Shown one piece after another: positions 56,779 to 58,938 of a stretch of 58,938 nt of DNA. The position numbers and the translations under genes are program-made. Where the stretch lies: assembly GCA_015066905.1 (NCBI GenBank), contig SVNN01000001.1, positions 1-58,938 on the forward strand, given 5' to 3'. This stretch comes from Ruminococcus sp. GTDB lineage: Bacteria > Bacillota > Clostridia > Oscillospirales > Ruminococcaceae. The first letter of the stretch is position 1, and every line of letters begins with the position of its first letter. The notes beneath the pieces are model-generated. The model did not search any database. It saw only the letters and a program-made list of their open reading frames with translations, and had not been told where the DNA came from.

Positions 56779-57246
56779 TTATTCAATAATACCCTTGGTT
56801 TTTGCTTTTTTTGCAGCCGCCTTCTGCTTTTCGATCTCTTCGTGTGCGGTGAGGTTTTCGGAGATTGCCGCAGTCTTGACGCGGAGCTTGTTGCGGTCGC
56901 CGCCGGACTCGATCAGTACGGTGTCATCCTTCTTGCTGATGACGATGCCGACAATACCGCCGATGGTCACGACCTCATCACCGACCTGCAGATTGTTGCG
57001 CATTTCTGCCTGCTGCTTTTCCTGCTTGCGCTGGGGGCGGAAGATCAGGAAGTACATTGCAACGAGCAGGACGATCGGCAGAAGCAGTGTGCCGCCGAGC
57101 GATCCGAGCAGTGCGCCGCTGGAGCCTGCAGCTCCGTCTGTGGAGGTGGAGGAATCGGTTGCGGAATCCGCTGCCGCCTCACCTTCGGCAGAAAGCACTT
57201 CTGCGCTGAGAATCTCGCCGTTTTCTGTGATCAGGGAAATATTCAT
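56779..57246 (-). CDS. yajC: Preprotein translocase subunit YajC
   Basis: MYFLIFRPQRKQ, LQVGDEVVTIGGIVG; extended acidic N-terminus. Confidence 0.92.
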   Translation of the reverse strand: MNISLITENGEILSAEVLSAEGEAAADSATDSSTSTDGAAGSSGALLGSLGGTLLLPIVLLVAMYFLIFRPQRKQEKQQAEMRNNLQVGDEVVTIGGIVGIVISKKDDTVLIESGGDRNKLRVKTAAISENLTAHEEIEKQKAAAKKAKTKGIIE

Positions 57247-57279
57247 CTAATTTGCCTCCGTTCTTTGTTTGTGTGTGGA

Positions 57280-58668
57280 TTACGCTTTTTCGCTGATATA
57301 TTTGTCGATGGACTTTGCCGCAGTCTTGCCGGCGCCCATCGCAAGGATTACCGTTGCCGCGCCTGTAACAGCGTCGCCGCCGGCATAAACACCTTCCTTG
57401 GTGGTGCACATTGCTTCATCTACAACCAGACAGCCGCGGCGGTTTGCTTCCAGACCGGGGGTGGTGGTGCGGATCAGCGGATTCGGGGAAGTGCCGAGGG
57501 ACATGATGACGGTGTCAACCTCCAGCTCATAGTTGGAGCCTTCTACCACGATCGGACGGCGGCGGCCGCTTTCGTCGGGTTCGCCAAGCTCCATCTTCAC
57601 GCATTCCATTGCGCGGACACGTCCGTTTTCATCTCCGAGGATCTTTACAGGATTGTTCAGCGTGAGGAAGGTCACGCCCTCTTCCTTTGCGTGGTGGACT
57701 TCTTCCTTACGCGCAGGCATCTCCTCCTCGGAGCGGCGGTATACGATGTAGACCTTTTCTGCGCCCATACGCATTGCGCTTCTTGCTGCGTCCATTGCAA
57801 CGTTTCCGCCGCCGACAACAGCAACCGCTTTGGACTTCAGTACAGGTGTGTCATATTCGTCGAGATAGCCCTTCATCAGGTTGATTCGGGTGAGATATTC
57901 GTTGGCAGAGCATACGCCGATGAGTGCCTCGCCCTCGATTCCCATGAAGCTGGGCAGACCGGCACCGGAGCCGATGAATACTGCCTCAAAGCCTTCCTCG
58001 ATCAGCTCGTCCACAGAAAGCACCTTGCCGATGACCATATTGGGCATAATCTTGACACCGAGTGCTTCCAGCGTCTTGATCTCCTTCTGGACGATCTTCT
58101 TCGGCAGACGGAATTCGGGGATGCCGTACATCAGAACGCCGCCTGCGGTGTGGAATGCTTCGAACACAGTCACGTCATATCCCATGCGTGCGAGGTCGCC
58201 TGCGCAGGTGAGTCCGCTCGGACCGCTGCCGACAACGGCAACCTTGTGTCCGTTGGATGCGGGACGCTTGACGTCGATGACGCCCTTTTCCATCTTGGTG
58301 TCGGCAACAAAGCGCTCGAGTCTGCCGATTGCGACAGGCTCACATTTGATGCCTCTCACGCACTTGCCCTCGCACTGGTTTTCCTGCGGACAGACGCGGC
58401 CGCAGACTGCAGGGAGTCCGTTTGTGCCTGTAATGATATCATATGCGCCGTCGAAATCTTCATTCGCGACAGCTGCGATGAATTCAGGGATGCGTACGCC
58501 GACAGGACAGCCGCTGACACAAGGCATTGTCTTGCAGTTGAGGCAGCGCTTTGCCTCTTCGATTGCCATCTCTTCGGTGTAACCGAGAGCGACCTCGTCA
58601 AAATTTTCTCTGCGCAGGACTTCGTCCTGCTCGGGCATGGGGACCTTAGTCAGACTCATATTAGCCAT
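57280..58668 (-). CDS. nfnB: NfnB/SudA-type transhydrogenase large subunit (often annotated as NADPH glutamate synthase GltA)
   Basis: RCLNC..CVSGCPV, CGRVCPQENQCE, GSGPSG, YGIPEFRLPK, GGGNVAMD, GGDAVTG. Confidence 0.88.
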   Translation of the reverse strand: MANMSLTKVPMPEQDEVLRRENFDEVALGYTEEMAIEEAKRCLNCKTMPCVSGCPVGVRIPEFIAAVANEDFDGAYDIITGTNGLPAVCGRVCPQENQCEGKCVRGIKCEPVAIGRLERFVADTKMEKGVIDVKRPASNGHKVAVVGSGPSGLTCAGDLARMGYDVTVFEAFHTAGGVLMYGIPEFRLPKKIVQKEIKTLEALGVKIMPNMVIGKVLSVDELIEEGFEAVFIGSGAGLPSFMGIEGEALIGVCSANEYLTRINLMKGYLDEYDTPVLKSKAVAVVGGGNVAMDAARSAMRMGAEKVYIVYRRSEEEMPARKEEVHHAKEEGVTFLTLNNPVKILGDENGRVRAMECVKMELGEPDESGRRRPIVVEGSNYELEVDTVIMSLGTSPNPLIRTTTPGLEANRRGCLVVDEAMCTTKEGVYAGGDAVTGAATVILAMGAGKTAAKSIDKYISEKA

Positions 58669-58938
58669 TACGCTTACCTCCGGTCATTCTGCAGATGTGC
58701 TGTGCAGCCTTGTCCTGCTCTTCCTTGTAGAAGGCGGCACGCTTGAGAAGGGTGTCGAAGTCGACCTGATGTGCGTCGAAGTCGGGGCCGTCAACGCATG
58801 CAAACTTGGTCTCGCCGCCGACGATGACGCGGCAGCCGCCGCACATGCCGGTACCGTCGACCATGATGGGGTCGAGGGAAATGATGGTGTTGATACCGTA
58901 GGGACGGGTAACGTCGGCCAGGAACTTCATCATGATGT
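58661..58938 (-). CDS. nfnA: NfnA/SudB-type small subunit (5' part outside window)
   Basis: DGTGMCGGCRV...FACVDGPDFD 2Fe-2S motif; overlaps the start of the large subunit. Confidence 0.88.
   Translation of the reverse strand, partial: IMMKFLADVTRPYGINTIISLDPIMVDGTGMCGGCRVIVGGETKFACVDGPDFDAHQVDFDTLLKRAAFYKEEQDKAAQHICRMTGGKRNG

Noticed and set aside
57280-58668. Annotation as true glutamate synthase small subunit
   Set aside because: It is coupled to an NfnA/SudB-type gene and no gltB is adjacent within the window, which favours NfnAB.

Overview
Chromosomal window of a cellulolytic, probably spore-forming Ruminococcus-like (Oscillospiraceae) firmicute. The taxon is inferred from dockerin proteins, spoVS, GSIII and gene order. 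It is mostly core genes: phoPR-like two-component system, ymdB-spoVS, recG, six tRNAs, asnA-glnA(GSIII), metF, a GldAFG-like ABC/DUF4340 cluster, gltX, the rimP-nusA-infB-rbfA-truB-ribF operon, aspartokinase, a YhcHI-like ABC exporter, ychF, pfkB, MATE, a Crp/Fnr-rubrerythrin-rubredoxin module, nadBC, GH13, a GH9-CBM79-dockerin cellulase, an SPFH/zinc-ribbon/TPM operon, cyclophilin, murA-yycJ-rlmH, yajC and nfnAB. I found no integrase, transposase, prophage or CRISPR array. The best leads are: (1) the two dockerin genes, 10 kb apart, share the promoter architecture TTTGTTCAT-N21-TATA(A/C)T and a dockerin signature, suggesting a cellulosome regulon; (2) one of them is a non-catalytic protein with three CBM79-like modules; (3) an ANTAR-type attenuator precedes asnA-glnA; (4) paired LysR MET-like boxes precede metF; (5) a small acidic ORF and a displaced, hairpin-split SD lie between infB and rbfA; (6) there is a three-way-junction spacer in the tRNA operon. 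All family calls come from motif recognition by eye, not database searches.
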